Shown: positions 18,396 through 26,672 of the stretch, one piece after another
How positions within the stretch are numbered: position 1 is the first letter of the stretch
Layout of the letters: each line of letters opens with the position of its first letter
DNA from: Nocardioides sp.
GTDB taxonomy: Bacteria; Actinomycetota; Actinomycetes; Propionibacteriales; Nocardioidaceae
DNA: 64,000 bases
Assembly: GCF_025964975.1 (NCBI RefSeq)
Contig: NZ_JAOPXV010000206.1
Location: 8,020 to 72,019 of the forward strand
Reading direction: 5' to 3'
The notes under the pieces: model-generated
Database searches by the model: none
Told to the model about the DNA's origin: nothing
The model's input: only the letters and a program-made list of their open reading frames with translations
Program-made: the position numbers and the translations under genes

Positions 18396-18620
18396 ATGCC
18401 TGCCGGTGACATCGAGACCTACCACGCTGACCGCAAGTGGAGGAACCGCGTCGAAGCGATCGAGGATCTTCAGGGAGAGTACGACCGCAAGGACGAAGCT
18501 GTCCGCATCGGACGGGATGAGGCCCGTGAGACGAAGGTCGAGCACATCATTCGCAACCTCGACGGCACGATCCGCGAACGCAACACCTACGGTCACGACC
18601 CGCGCAACATCCCGGGGTGA
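18396..18620 (+). CDS. DUF2188 domain-containing small protein
   Basis: MPAGDIETYHADRKWRNRVE...IIRNLDGTIRERNTYGHDPRNIPG. Strong AAGGAGGA lies 6 nt upstream of the ATG at 18396. Confidence 0.8.
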   Translation: MPAGDIETYHADRKWRNRVEAIEDLQGEYDRKDEAVRIGRDEARETKVEHIIRNLDGTIRERNTYGHDPRNIPG

Positions 18621-18648
18621 GCCCGCCTGCACGCGGTTGGTGACACTG

Positions 18649-18683
18649 GCCCCGCCGGTGCCATATGAGGTCGTCGGCGGGGC
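18649..18683. terminator. bidirectional hairpin between convergent DUF2188 and LuxR genes
   Basis: GCCCCGCCG-N17-CGGCGGGGC, a 9-bp perfect GC stem read directly. Confidence 0.5.
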
Positions 18684-18696
18684 TACCTCGTCCTGG

Positions 18697-19398
18697 TCAC
18701 GTGCGGTGACGAGTTCCAGTCGGCGTACCTCTCTGAAGGACAGGCGACAGTCGAATCGGACTCGGTAGTTGCTCCACGCGCAAGCCATGCTCCAGACCCC
18801 ACAGCACGGCCTGGGAGCGGCTGGTCACCCCCATCTTGCGGTAGCCGGTGCGTATGTAGCTCTTGATCGAGTTGATGCTCAGGTACATCTCGCTGGCGAT
18901 GTCCTTGTTCGACATACCGCAGACGATGAGGCTCACGACCTCGGACTCGCGAGAGGTGAGGCCCAAGTGCTGCCCCGGCCAGGTTTCCTTGCTGTCCGAC
19001 TCGCTCGACGGCGCTGAGCGTTGAAGGACGCCGCCGGCGGTCTCGACAGCTGCAAGGATCTCCGAGCCACCGGCTGTAGTGGTCACGAATCCGGCCGCAC
19101 CCACCCTGACCGCCTTGTCGATCTGCTCCCGACCGTCCGCGTCACTGAAGAGCAGAACGGCCGCGCCGGTCTCGTTGATCGCCCGTTTGAGTAGATGTGC
19201 GGTGCAGCCGATGACGTCCAGCAGAACGACGTCGAACGCGCCTCGCGGCGGCAGAACACCGATGAGCTGCTCGACCCTGACCCTCTGGTCGTACGGCTTC
19301 AGGAGCGCGGCGACGCCGGCGGGCGCGAAGGGGAAGTCGCTGACCACCGCCAACGAGAGCGCTCGATCATCTGCCGTGTGGCACGGCCGAATCATCAC
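18697..19398 (-). CDS. LuxR-family regulator with a receiver-like N-terminal domain
   Basis: C-terminal HTH LTSRESEVVSLIVCGMSNKDIASEMYLSINSIKSYIRTGYRKMGV. N-terminal receiver-like fold (VVLLDV, LLFSDAD). Start is GTG 19396-19398 or ATG 19393-19395. Confidence 0.85.
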   Translation of the reverse strand: MMIRPCHTADDRALSLAVVSDFPFAPAGVAALLKPYDQRVRVEQLIGVLPPRGAFDVVLLDVIGCTAHLLKRAINETGAAVLLFSDADGREQIDKAVRVGAAGFVTTTAGGSEILAAVETAGGVLQRSAPSSESDSKETWPGQHLGLTSRESEVVSLIVCGMSNKDIASEMYLSINSIKSYIRTGYRKMGVTSRSQAVLWGLEHGLRVEQLPSPIRLSPVLQRGTPTGTRHRT

Positions 19399-19577
19399 GG
19401 CCTCACGATCGACAGGACGAGGTTGCGCGTGACACGGTTCGCACTGCCGAGCCCGGCGGGGCCTCGTGCGCCCGGGTAGCTCCCCAGCTCCTCAGGACGT
19501 GGCCGCTGGTCGAAGCAATCGATGTGGTGGACAGCGGCTCGCTCGGGCTGCCCAGGATGGTTCGGGGTGTGCGCCAT
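19395..19577 (-). CDS. 60-codon upstream ORF translationally coupled to the LuxR gene
   Basis: ATG 19575-19577 with GGGAG 8 nt upstream. About 80% G/C at third positions (my count 48/60). Its TGA (19395-19397) overlaps the regulator start. Confidence 0.4.
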   Translation of the reverse strand: MAHTPNHPGQPERAAVHHIDCFDQRPRPEELGSYPGARGPAGLGSANRVTRNLVLSIVRP

Positions 19578-19690
19578 GGTGGTCGCTCCCTCGATGAAGT
19601 GAGCGACGCCGTTGTCTTGACGTCTTGTGAAGGACAGTACGCCATCGTGCGGAGGGCTCGCGAGAACGGAGCACCCGACGCCGTCGGAGT

Positions 19691-20416
19691 TCAGAGCAGT
19701 GAGGTGCGGGCAGGTGCGGTGTTGGACCGGTAGCCCTCGTTGCTGGAGGTCACGACCTCTTGGGCCACGACGTAGAGCTTGATGTTGCTGGTCGAGGATG
19801 CTCGGACCAGAAATTGAAAGGCTCGGCCCTCGTCGATGCTGTAGCGCTCCATGATGATCCCGGTTGCCTGCCCGATGACCTTTCGGTGATCAAGCGCCCG
19901 ATTGAGCTGGTCCTGCTCCTGAGCGTGCCCGAGCATGACCGCGACGTGCGTGGCGAACAGCCGGGCCGTGTCCATGGAGCTCCGGTCGATCTCGTCGTTC
20001 TCGGTGGAGTACAGGTTGAGCCCGCCCAGGTGACGGCCGTCGGTGAAAAGCTGCACGCCAGCCTGAGATCGAACGCCCTTCTCGATGGCCGCCGGAATGT
20101 AGCGCGGCCATCGCTGCTCGTGGCGGAGGTGCTCGACGACCACTACCGGCTCGTCCTCGATGGCGTCGACGCAGGGACCTTCGTGGAGGTCGTACTGCGT
20201 CGCGTCGAGCTCCCACACGAGCTGGTCGTTGCCAGCGAGCGTCTCGATGGTGCCGTCGCGCCGCCGCGTGGAGATGCTGGCGTGCTCGAATCCGGGGACG
20301 GAGGTGAGGGTCGCTCGCACGATCGCGTCGAGGGTGTCCTCGAGAGTGCCGGTGTGGTTGATTTCCTCGACGGCGTGCGCAATCGCGGCCGCCGCCGTCG
20401 GACGGGTGTTTTCCAT
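19691..20416 (-). CDS. GAF and ANTAR domain-containing RNA-binding regulator
   Basis: GAF-like N-terminal half. ANTAR tail LNRALDHRKVIGQATGIIMERYSIDEGRAFQFLVRASSTSNIKLYVVAQEVV. Confidence 0.9.
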   Translation of the reverse strand: MENTRPTAAAAIAHAVEEINHTGTLEDTLDAIVRATLTSVPGFEHASISTRRRDGTIETLAGNDQLVWELDATQYDLHEGPCVDAIEDEPVVVVEHLRHEQRWPRYIPAAIEKGVRSQAGVQLFTDGRHLGGLNLYSTENDEIDRSSMDTARLFATHVAVMLGHAQEQDQLNRALDHRKVIGQATGIIMERYSIDEGRAFQFLVRASSTSNIKLYVVAQEVVTSSNEGYRSNTAPARTSLL

Positions 20417-20935
20417 ACTCTGCCTCAGTGCGCTGCTCCAGCGGCAACGCCCGTGAGGGCACGCAACGACCAGATGGGACGATGAGCCCGGGTCCGGGAG
20501 CTCCCGTCGAGCGTACTCCGTTCGTTGCTGGCTGGCACTCGAGCCACACGTCCTTACACAGGTCGGCCACCGCCTGTCGCCAGAGCGGGCCGTTGATCAG
20601 TCGGTCCCAACGTCAGCGCTTGCGACTGTCCTCCGGCGCGTGCATAGGACGTGGAACTTCGGCTACCCCATGACAGGCGACGGGCGTTCCAAACAGCAGC
20701 GTTGTCCCTCAGGCCCCGTGTGTGGAGCCAGCGGCGGCGGGGCCGTCCCCACGGATGCACAGCCGCACGTGGGACACCTGTCGCTTCCTCCGAGTGTCTC
20801 CGCCGGCGACCGGACAGGACCAGACCAGCCAAGAAAGATGGCTGATACCGACCGGTGCAGACGTTCGGGGGAACACACTGACGGTTATGCGCACCGAACC
20901 GGTCGGCACTTCGAGCACGGTCCTTGGAGACTGAG

Positions 20936-22123
20936 ATGACACGGGCCCCTCGTGTTGACTCCAACAAGCCTTCTATGAGTCCCACCGAGCGTGCCTTGGC
21001 GGAGGAGGCCGAGCGCTACCGCTCGCTCTTCGCCTACAGCCCCCATGGGGTGTTCTCTCTCGACCTGGAGGGTCGGGTGACAGCCGCGAACGACGCCATG
21101 CAGCAACTCATCGGCCACGCTCCGAGTGAGCTCCTCGGGACCAGATTTCACGACCTCGTCCACTCCGAGGACATCGATGGGAGCGACAAGGCACTGGTGG
21201 CCGTCATCGAGCGGCGCCCCCAGCTGTTGGAGGTGCGCCTGGTCACGGCAGCTGGCGACGTTCGCGAGACCAAGGTCACCGCGGTCCCGGTCATCGTCTC
21301 CGATCAGGTGGTCGGAGTGCACGCCATCACCGAAGACATCACCGAGGCAAACATGATGCGGCGCGAGCTCGAGGCAGCGAACGCGGCCAAGACGATCTTC
21401 CTGGCCAACCTCGGCCACGAGATCCGCACACCGCTGACGATGGTCATCGGCGCCACCGAGCTCCTCCTGGAGACCCGACTCGACCGTGACCAGGGCCGGT
21501 TGACCGCGATGATGGACCGCAACTGTCACCGTCTCCTGCGCCTCGTGAACGACATCCTTGACTTCTCCCGGCTCGACGCCGGGAAGATCAAGCTCACGTC
21601 AGCAACGTTCCGGCTCGGTGACGTCCTCGACGACATCGTGGAGTGGGCTCAGTCGCAAGCCAATGCAAGCGGTTTGCAGTTCGAGGTCGTGCTCGACCCA
21701 GCGCTGCCCCCCGTCGTCCAAGGAGATGCCGAACGGATCACCCAGGTTCTCTCCAACTTGGTCGGCAACGCCCTCAAGTTCACTGAGTCCGGAAGCGTTC
21801 GTCTCACCGTCTCGATGAAGACTGCGCCCACACCCAGGTCGGCAGGAGCGAGGGCCTGGGTGCAGTTCGTCGTCGACGACACTGGGATCGGCATACCGCC
21901 GGACCACGTGGAAGCGCTGTTCGAGTCATTCACCCAGGAGGACACAGCTGACACCCGCACGCACGACGGGCTCGGTCTGGGTCTGGCGATCTGCCGTGAC
22001 CTGGTCGGACTCATGGGAGGTGACCTCTACGCGGTCAGTACGCCCGGGGTGGGCAGCACGTTCACTGCCGTGCTGCCACTCCTCGTCGCAGAGCACGGGG
22101 CTGAGAATCTGCGACGTCCTTGA
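20936..22123 (+). CDS. cytoplasmic PAS-domain sensor histidine kinase
   Basis: PAS (YRSLFAYSPHGVFSLDLEGRVTAAN). H-box LGHEIRTPL, N-box LSNLVGNALKF, G-boxes DTGIGI and GLGLGLAI. The ATG at 20936 has GGAG upstream; the track start at 20924 is TTG. Confidence 0.9.
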   Translation: MTRAPRVDSNKPSMSPTERALAEEAERYRSLFAYSPHGVFSLDLEGRVTAANDAMQQLIGHAPSELLGTRFHDLVHSEDIDGSDKALVAVIERRPQLLEVRLVTAAGDVRETKVTAVPVIVSDQVVGVHAITEDITEANMMRRELEAANAAKTIFLANLGHEIRTPLTMVIGATELLLETRLDRDQGRLTAMMDRNCHRLLRLVNDILDFSRLDAGKIKLTSATFRLGDVLDDIVEWAQSQANASGLQFEVVLDPALPPVVQGDAERITQVLSNLVGNALKFTESGSVRLTVSMKTAPTPRSAGARAWVQFVVDDTGIGIPPDHVEALFESFTQEDTADTRTHDGLGLGLAICRDLVGLMGGDLYAVSTPGVGSTFTAVLPLLVAEHGAENLRRP

Positions 22124-22179
22124 GGTTCGAGCATCGCTCCAGCGCACGCAACGCACGACCCCTCCGGCGTTCTGCACTC

Positions 22180-23420
22180 CTAGTTCGGCGGGAGAGCGGC
22201 GTGCCCCTTGTTGTGTTGCTTGGCGTAGCCGAGGGCTGCGTCGAGCTGGGTCATCGGCAGGGGGAGGTGCCGGGCCGGACAGACCCCGACCGAGGCCGAT
22301 GGCACGAGGTGTTCCCAGGGGGAGCCGATGCGTCGGTCCCGGATCGCGGCGGCGAGGCGTTCGCCGTACCGCAGGCCGGACTCGACGTCGACGAGAGGCG
22401 CCAGGATCAGGAACTCGTCGCCGCCCAGCGGATGAGGACGTCTCCCGGCCGGGTGTTGGCCGCAAGGACGTCAGCGACGCAGCGAAGCAGCGCGGCGCCG
22501 CCCTCGTGCCCGCAGGTGTCGTTGACCTGTTTGAGGTCATCCACGTCGACCAGCATGGCGAGCAGGTCAGCGGGCCGATCACGATCGCCGAGGTATCGCT
22601 CGAGATGGTGTCGGTTGTGGAGGCCGGTGAGCTGGTCTCGCTCGGCCAGCGACGTGGCTGACGCCAGCTCCAGACGCAAAGCCGCGGCGCGTCGATAGCC
22701 GGCCTCCAACGACCACAGCAGGTGGTCGGCCGCAACTGCGAGCCGGTCCTCGACTCGGGAGACAGGCTCCGCCGCGCACCTTGCCAGGTGGCCGCACGCT
22801 CGGGCGAGGACGTCTGGCGGCAGGTGGGGGGCGAGGTGGTCCAAGCAGTCTCTGGTGCCCTCCAGGGCCCGTGTGTCGTCGCAGGGTGGACCACCCCCGG
22901 AACAGCCGACTGGCTTCCAGGGTCACCCTCGGTGGCGGTGAGCTCGTGTACGTCGCGAGCGATCAACGTCGCCGCGAACGCCCCTCGCACCAGCGACCCC
23001 ACCCAGTCCCCGGCCAAGGGGGTCCTGAACGGAGAGGCTGACAGCCGTGACCCCTTCCGGGACTGCGTCCACGCTGCCGGTGAACGCCACGATCACGGTG
23101 TGGCCTTGAGCGGCGAGGGCGGCATACCGGGCGGCCTCGATGTCGAAGTATCCGCGTCGCTGGAAGAACCCGAGGACCAGCCCCTCGTCAGCCGCGTCGC
23201 TACCGGCAGCTGCGCTGCCTGGCACGGACATCCCGTCGCCGATGGCTGCGTCCTCGAACGCTCGCTCCAGAGCGTGGCTGACAACGAGAAGTGCTCGTTT
23301 GCTGGTGACCGCCGAGGAGCTCCGCTTCGAACCGCCAGCGTCGACCTCATCTTCGAGGCGACCGACGCCAGACGGCCGGGAAGTGCGGGGGAGCCCTGTG
23401 CCAAGGACATCAGCTAGGGC
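22180..23420 (-). pseudogene. DICT-domain diguanylate cyclase (GGDEF) gene disrupted by several frameshifts
   Basis: Three reading frames carry consecutive homologous pieces. First TSKRALLVVSHALE...EGLVLGFFQRRGYFDIEAARYAALAAQGHTVIVAF (DICT-like). Then LAGDWVGSLVRGAFAATLIARD. Then ERDQLTGLHNRHHL...GDVLIRW. Then, after a shift, GGDEFLILAP...SASVGVC...DAALGYAKQHNKG, ending at TAG 22180-22182. Confidence 0.7.
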
Positions 23421-23792
23421 CTCTCGACGTGCAGATGACTGCGTGTGAGGTTTGTTTGCAGCGGAGGCCCTCGTGGGCAGGTGCAGCGACTCGTCGGAGA
23501 TGGCCGCGCCTGGAGGCGTGTCACCCAGGCGGAATGGTGAGGTTCACCCTCCCTGGCCACTTCTTTCAAACTCCCCATCTCGTTGAGGTGGGGGACTCGC
23601 CCTCGATGAGGAGAGCGGCGTCAACTACAGGTAACCACTCACAACCCGTGGCAAGTAGGGTCTTTGGTCCTGTGGGTGAGGGACGTGCGGCACGCCCCAC
23701 GCGGGCCATGCCGTTGCTCACTGTTCTGGGTGTTCTCGCGATGGAAACCTTCACGGTGCCGTCCGGCAACATCGCCCGCGCATGGTGGACGC

Positions 23793-24683
23793 ATGTTGTG
23801 GCGAGTACGAATGACGATGCCGGACCGTCCCGGTGCTCTGGCGACCCTGGCGCAGGAGTGCGGCGCCGCGGGCGTCAACATCCTGGCGATGCAGGTCTTC
23901 CCGGGGGTGGGGTCGGTGACCGACGACTTCGTGTTGGAGGTGCCGCCCGAGTGGGACACCGATGCGGTGGCGGCGCTGGTCGAGCGGGCCGGAGCCCGTG
24001 CGGTCGTCTCCCATCCGTGCGGCGAGCAGGCGCTCGGAGACCAGCCCACTCGCTACGTGGAGGCAGCGCGCGCGATCCTGGCCCGGCCGGCGCGGTTCCC
24101 CGAGATCGTCGCGGCGCTCTTCGACGCCGACGCCGAGCAGGCCGACCGCCCTTCTCCCACTGACTCGATGGAGATGACGGTCGGCGACGTCTCCGTACAG
24201 ATTCATCGCGCAGTGCCCTTCACCGCGACGGAGCATGCGCGCGGGGCAACGATGGCGGGTCTGGTGAGCGACGTGCTGCAGCGCGCCAAGGACGCTGGGG
24301 TCGGTCCCACTCCGGCGCGGCGTCTCGGCACCGGGAGCGCGCCGGACTACGTGGTCACGAGCCACTGCGTGGCGGCGGAGGTGGCTGGGACCCCGATGGG
24401 GCGGGCCGTGCTCGCAGAGCTCGTCACTCCCGGGTGCCGCCTCCTGACGCTGGAGGTCGACCCGGCCTGGCGTCGCCGCGGTATCGGCTCCCGCCTGCTG
24501 ATGGAAGCCGCACGCGCCGCGGCCCGTCTGGGTGACGACGAGCTGCTCCTGAGGACCAGCCCCGACAACCTGGCGGTGATGCCGATGGTGCTCGGATCGG
24601 GGCTACGGGCGCGGGTGCGCTTGTCCGGTGACGTGTTGAGCGTGCGCGTGCCCCTGCGAGACCTCGAGTCCGCCGGTCGTTGA
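23793..24683 (+). CDS. ACT-domain plus GNAT N-acetyltransferase protein
   Basis: ORF trimmed to MLWRVRMTMPDRPGALATLAQECGAAGVNILAMQVF (ACT-like). C-terminal GNAT motif VDPAWRRRGIGSRLLMEAARAA. Confidence 0.75.
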   Translation: MLWRVRMTMPDRPGALATLAQECGAAGVNILAMQVFPGVGSVTDDFVLEVPPEWDTDAVAALVERAGARAVVSHPCGEQALGDQPTRYVEAARAILARPARFPEIVAALFDADAEQADRPSPTDSMEMTVGDVSVQIHRAVPFTATEHARGATMAGLVSDVLQRAKDAGVGPTPARRLGTGSAPDYVVTSHCVAAEVAGTPMGRAVLAELVTPGCRLLTLEVDPAWRRRGIGSRLLMEAARAAARLGDDELLLRTSPDNLAVMPMVLGSGLRARVRLSGDVLSVRVPLRDLESAGR

Positions 24684-25060
24684 TCGCCCGTCGGCATCCG
24701 AGCCGGGCAACTTCTGCCCCTGGGGCGGGGACCCAACCACTTGTTGTGTCGAGCGGCGCGCGACCAGCTCAGGCTCGAACACGACCTGCTCGTGCACGTG
24801 CATGGCGTTGTCCGCCTCGTCCAGCAGGAGCTTGGCCGCCGTCCGGCCCAGCTCGGCGCGCGGTTGCCGCACGGACGTGAGGGGGACCGCGGCCGCGGCG
24901 GCGACGTCGATGTCGTCATAACCCACGAGGGCGAGGTCCTCAGGGACCCGGACGCCGGCCGAGGTCGCCTGCTGCAGCAAGCCCAGGGCCACCAGGTCGT
25001 TGGCACAGAAGACCGCGGTCGGCCGCCGGCGTGCCGGGAGCCCGGCCAGCCGCTCGCCAG
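24603..25060 (-). pseudogene. LacI-family regulator 3' remnant (effector-binding domain C-terminal part only)
   Basis: PTAVFCANDLVALGLLQQATSAGVRVPEDLALVGYDDIDVAAAAAVPLTSVRQPRAELGRTAAKLLL is a typical LacI C-terminal subdomain. No HTH or N-subdomain is recognisable in any minus frame upstream. Confidence 0.65.
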
Positions 25061-25073
25061 GTCGGGGGACAGG

Positions 25074-25703
25074 ATGATCCAGAGCCACGCGGTTCGGTCG
25101 CAGCAGTGGGCGGATGAGCAGGTGCAGCGTCTGGTCGCTGCCGGCTATCACCAGCACCAGGCGGATCCCACGACCTTCCTGGCCGGCGTGCGTCGCGCTG
25201 ACTTCAGGTGGGGGTGGGGCTTCACCCGGCTCCACACCTTCGTGCTGTTCGGCCGCGTGGAGCACGCGAGTGGTGACAACGTCTGCGAGTTCACCGCGTT
25301 GGCCCTCCGGTGGGCGGAGCAAGCCAAGGGCGGCATGCCGCGGGGCTTCCGGACCGGCGCCGCGGTCCTGCCGGTCCTGGTGTGCAACACGGCTGACGAG
25401 AGCGCCCACGAGCAGCTCAGCCGACGCCCCGCCAAGCACTTCGCCCTGTTCGAGCTGCCCATGCTGGTGGTTCTGAGCCAGGGACGGTGGGCCACCTACA
25501 GCGGCCGCGTGGTGTGGGGCGGGGTCTACCAGGACTTCCTGCGCGCTCAGCAGCAGCTCGTCGTGGGCGACCTGGCCGGCGAAGCCCCGGACATGAGTGG
25601 CGCCGGTCGACGTGCCGTCATGTCCGTGGTGATGTCGGTCGCGATGGCCAGCATGGTTCTCTTCGCCATCGGCTACTGGTTCGTCTACCGGCTCTTCTTC
25701 TGA
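25074..25703 (+). CDS. hypothetical protein with a C-terminal transmembrane anchor (start uncertain)
   Basis: All 20 codons from 25200 onward that I checked end in G/C. Plausible globular sequence (...RPAKHFALFELPMLVVLSQGRW...) ends in the hydrophobic AVMSVVMSVAMASMVLFAIGYWFVYRLFF. The 5' part overlaps the LacI stub on the other strand. Confidence 0.45.
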   Translation: MIQSHAVRSQQWADEQVQRLVAAGYHQHQADPTTFLAGVRRADFRWGWGFTRLHTFVLFGRVEHASGDNVCEFTALALRWAEQAKGGMPRGFRTGAAVLPVLVCNTADESAHEQLSRRPAKHFALFELPMLVVLSQGRWATYSGRVVWGGVYQDFLRAQQQLVVGDLAGEAPDMSGAGRRAVMSVVMSVAMASMVLFAIGYWFVYRLFF

Positions 25704-25728
25704 GCGAGCAAACCTCGGAGGGGGGGGC

Positions 25729-26580
25729 TCAGTTGACCTCGCTGCGACGCTCGAGCAGGACGGTGTCCCGCCAGATGCCGTCGAGCTGGGCGATGCGGGT
25801 GCGGACGGCCAGCGTCCGGTAGCCCGCGGAGTGGTGCAGCGCCAGACTGGCGCGGTTCTCCGGGAAGATCGACGTCTGGAGTGTCCACAGGCCGGCCTTG
25901 TCGGCCTCGACGACCTGGGTGAAGAGCAGCGCCTTGCCGACCCCTCGTCCGCGCGCGGCCTCGGCGACATAGACGGAGCTCTCGCCGACGCCGGCGTAGC
26001 ACTCGCGGCTCGAGACCGGGGTGACGCCGGTCCAGCCGACCACCTGATTGTCCAGCACGGCCACCCACGCAAGACCCGGCAGCCAGCGAGACCGCAGCTG
26101 TTCGGCGGTCGGCAGCGTGGTCTCGAAGGTGGCATTCCGCGTCGCGAGCCCCTGCGCATAGATGTCGAGCACCGCTGCCAGGTCGGCGTCGGAGACCGGG
26201 CGAGTGGTGACGTCGGCGGGCAGGTCGGCCGGGCAGCACGGCGGGGACGCCAGGGTGCCCATGATGACGTCCGCTGCGTGTGGGAGGCCGGTGCAGCAGG
26301 CGGCGTTGACCGAGACCATGCTGGCGGTGCCGACCTTGTCGACCGCCACGAACCCCACCTTCCTGAGCAGCTCGACGTGGTGTGAGCAGGTGGACTGGCT
26401 GACACCCAGCGTCGAGGCGAGATCTCCCACGCGCATCGCCCCGGTCGCCGACGTCGAGACGGTGTGGAGCAGGCGCACCCGCGTCGGGTCGGCGAGCACA
26501 GCGAACCAGTCGGCGTAGTTCTCGGCTTCCTCCTTGCCGAGGGCGGGTCCCGCGTCCGTGGCAATCCGCGAGGTGGTCAT
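25729..26580 (-). CDS. ArsR/SmtB-type wHTH fused to a phosphinothricin-acetyltransferase-type GNAT domain
   Basis: LADPTRVRLLHTV...LGVSQSTCSHHVELLRKVGFV, then a linker with CC at NAACCTG and PPCCPAD. The PAT-like domain follows: IYAQGLATRNATFE...SVYVAEAARGRGVGKALL...NRASLALHHSAGY...WRDTVLLERR. Confidence 0.85.
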   Translation of the reverse strand: MTTSRIATDAGPALGKEEAENYADWFAVLADPTRVRLLHTVSTSATGAMRVGDLASTLGVSQSTCSHHVELLRKVGFVAVDKVGTASMVSVNAACCTGLPHAADVIMGTLASPPCCPADLPADVTTRPVSDADLAAVLDIYAQGLATRNATFETTLPTAEQLRSRWLPGLAWVAVLDNQVVGWTGVTPVSSRECYAGVGESSVYVAEAARGRGVGKALLFTQVVEADKAGLWTLQTSIFPENRASLALHHSAGYRTLAVRTRIAQLDGIWRDTVLLERRSEVN

Positions 26581-26600
26581 GGCGCAGATCGTACCTTGCC

Positions 26601-26647
26601 TTCATCGATGTATGTCGATACAGTATGGTTCATCGATGTCTGTCGAT
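26601..26647. promoter_or_regulatory. two 19-nt direct repeats TTCATCGATGT(A/C)TGTCGAT in the divergent promoter region, candidate ArsR-type operators
   Basis: 26601-26619 and 26629-26647, 18/19 identical with a 28-nt period. Each begins with the palindrome CATCGATG. Confidence 0.5.
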
Positions 26648-26672
26648 GGAAGAGGAGTCAGAGGAGAACGCC

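Noticed and set aside
19578-19690. Possible ANTAR target (tandem hexaloop hairpins) downstream of the GAF-ANTAR gene
   Set aside because: The hairpins present have 3-, 9- and 12-nt loops. I found no pair of stems with AxxGxx hexaloops, so there is no support for an ANTAR site here.
21926-23017. 363-aa minus-strand ORF spanning the kinase 3' end and the GGDEF region
   Set aside because: It is an artefact frame. It contains only one short genuine piece (LAGDWVGSLVRGAFAATLIARD) of the frameshifted DICT-GGDEF pseudogene, and the rest is Arg/Pro/Ser-rich noise.
25721-25728. G8 homopolymer between convergent genes
   Set aside because: It is intergenic (between the stops at 25703 and 25729), so no frameshift or phase-variation consequence is evident.
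24603-26564. 653-aa minus-strand ORF
   Set aside because: It is a composite. Only its last ~150 codons look like a LacI C-terminal domain. The middle is antisense to the plus-strand gene at 25074-25703. The 5' part is an alternative frame of the ArsR-PAT gene.
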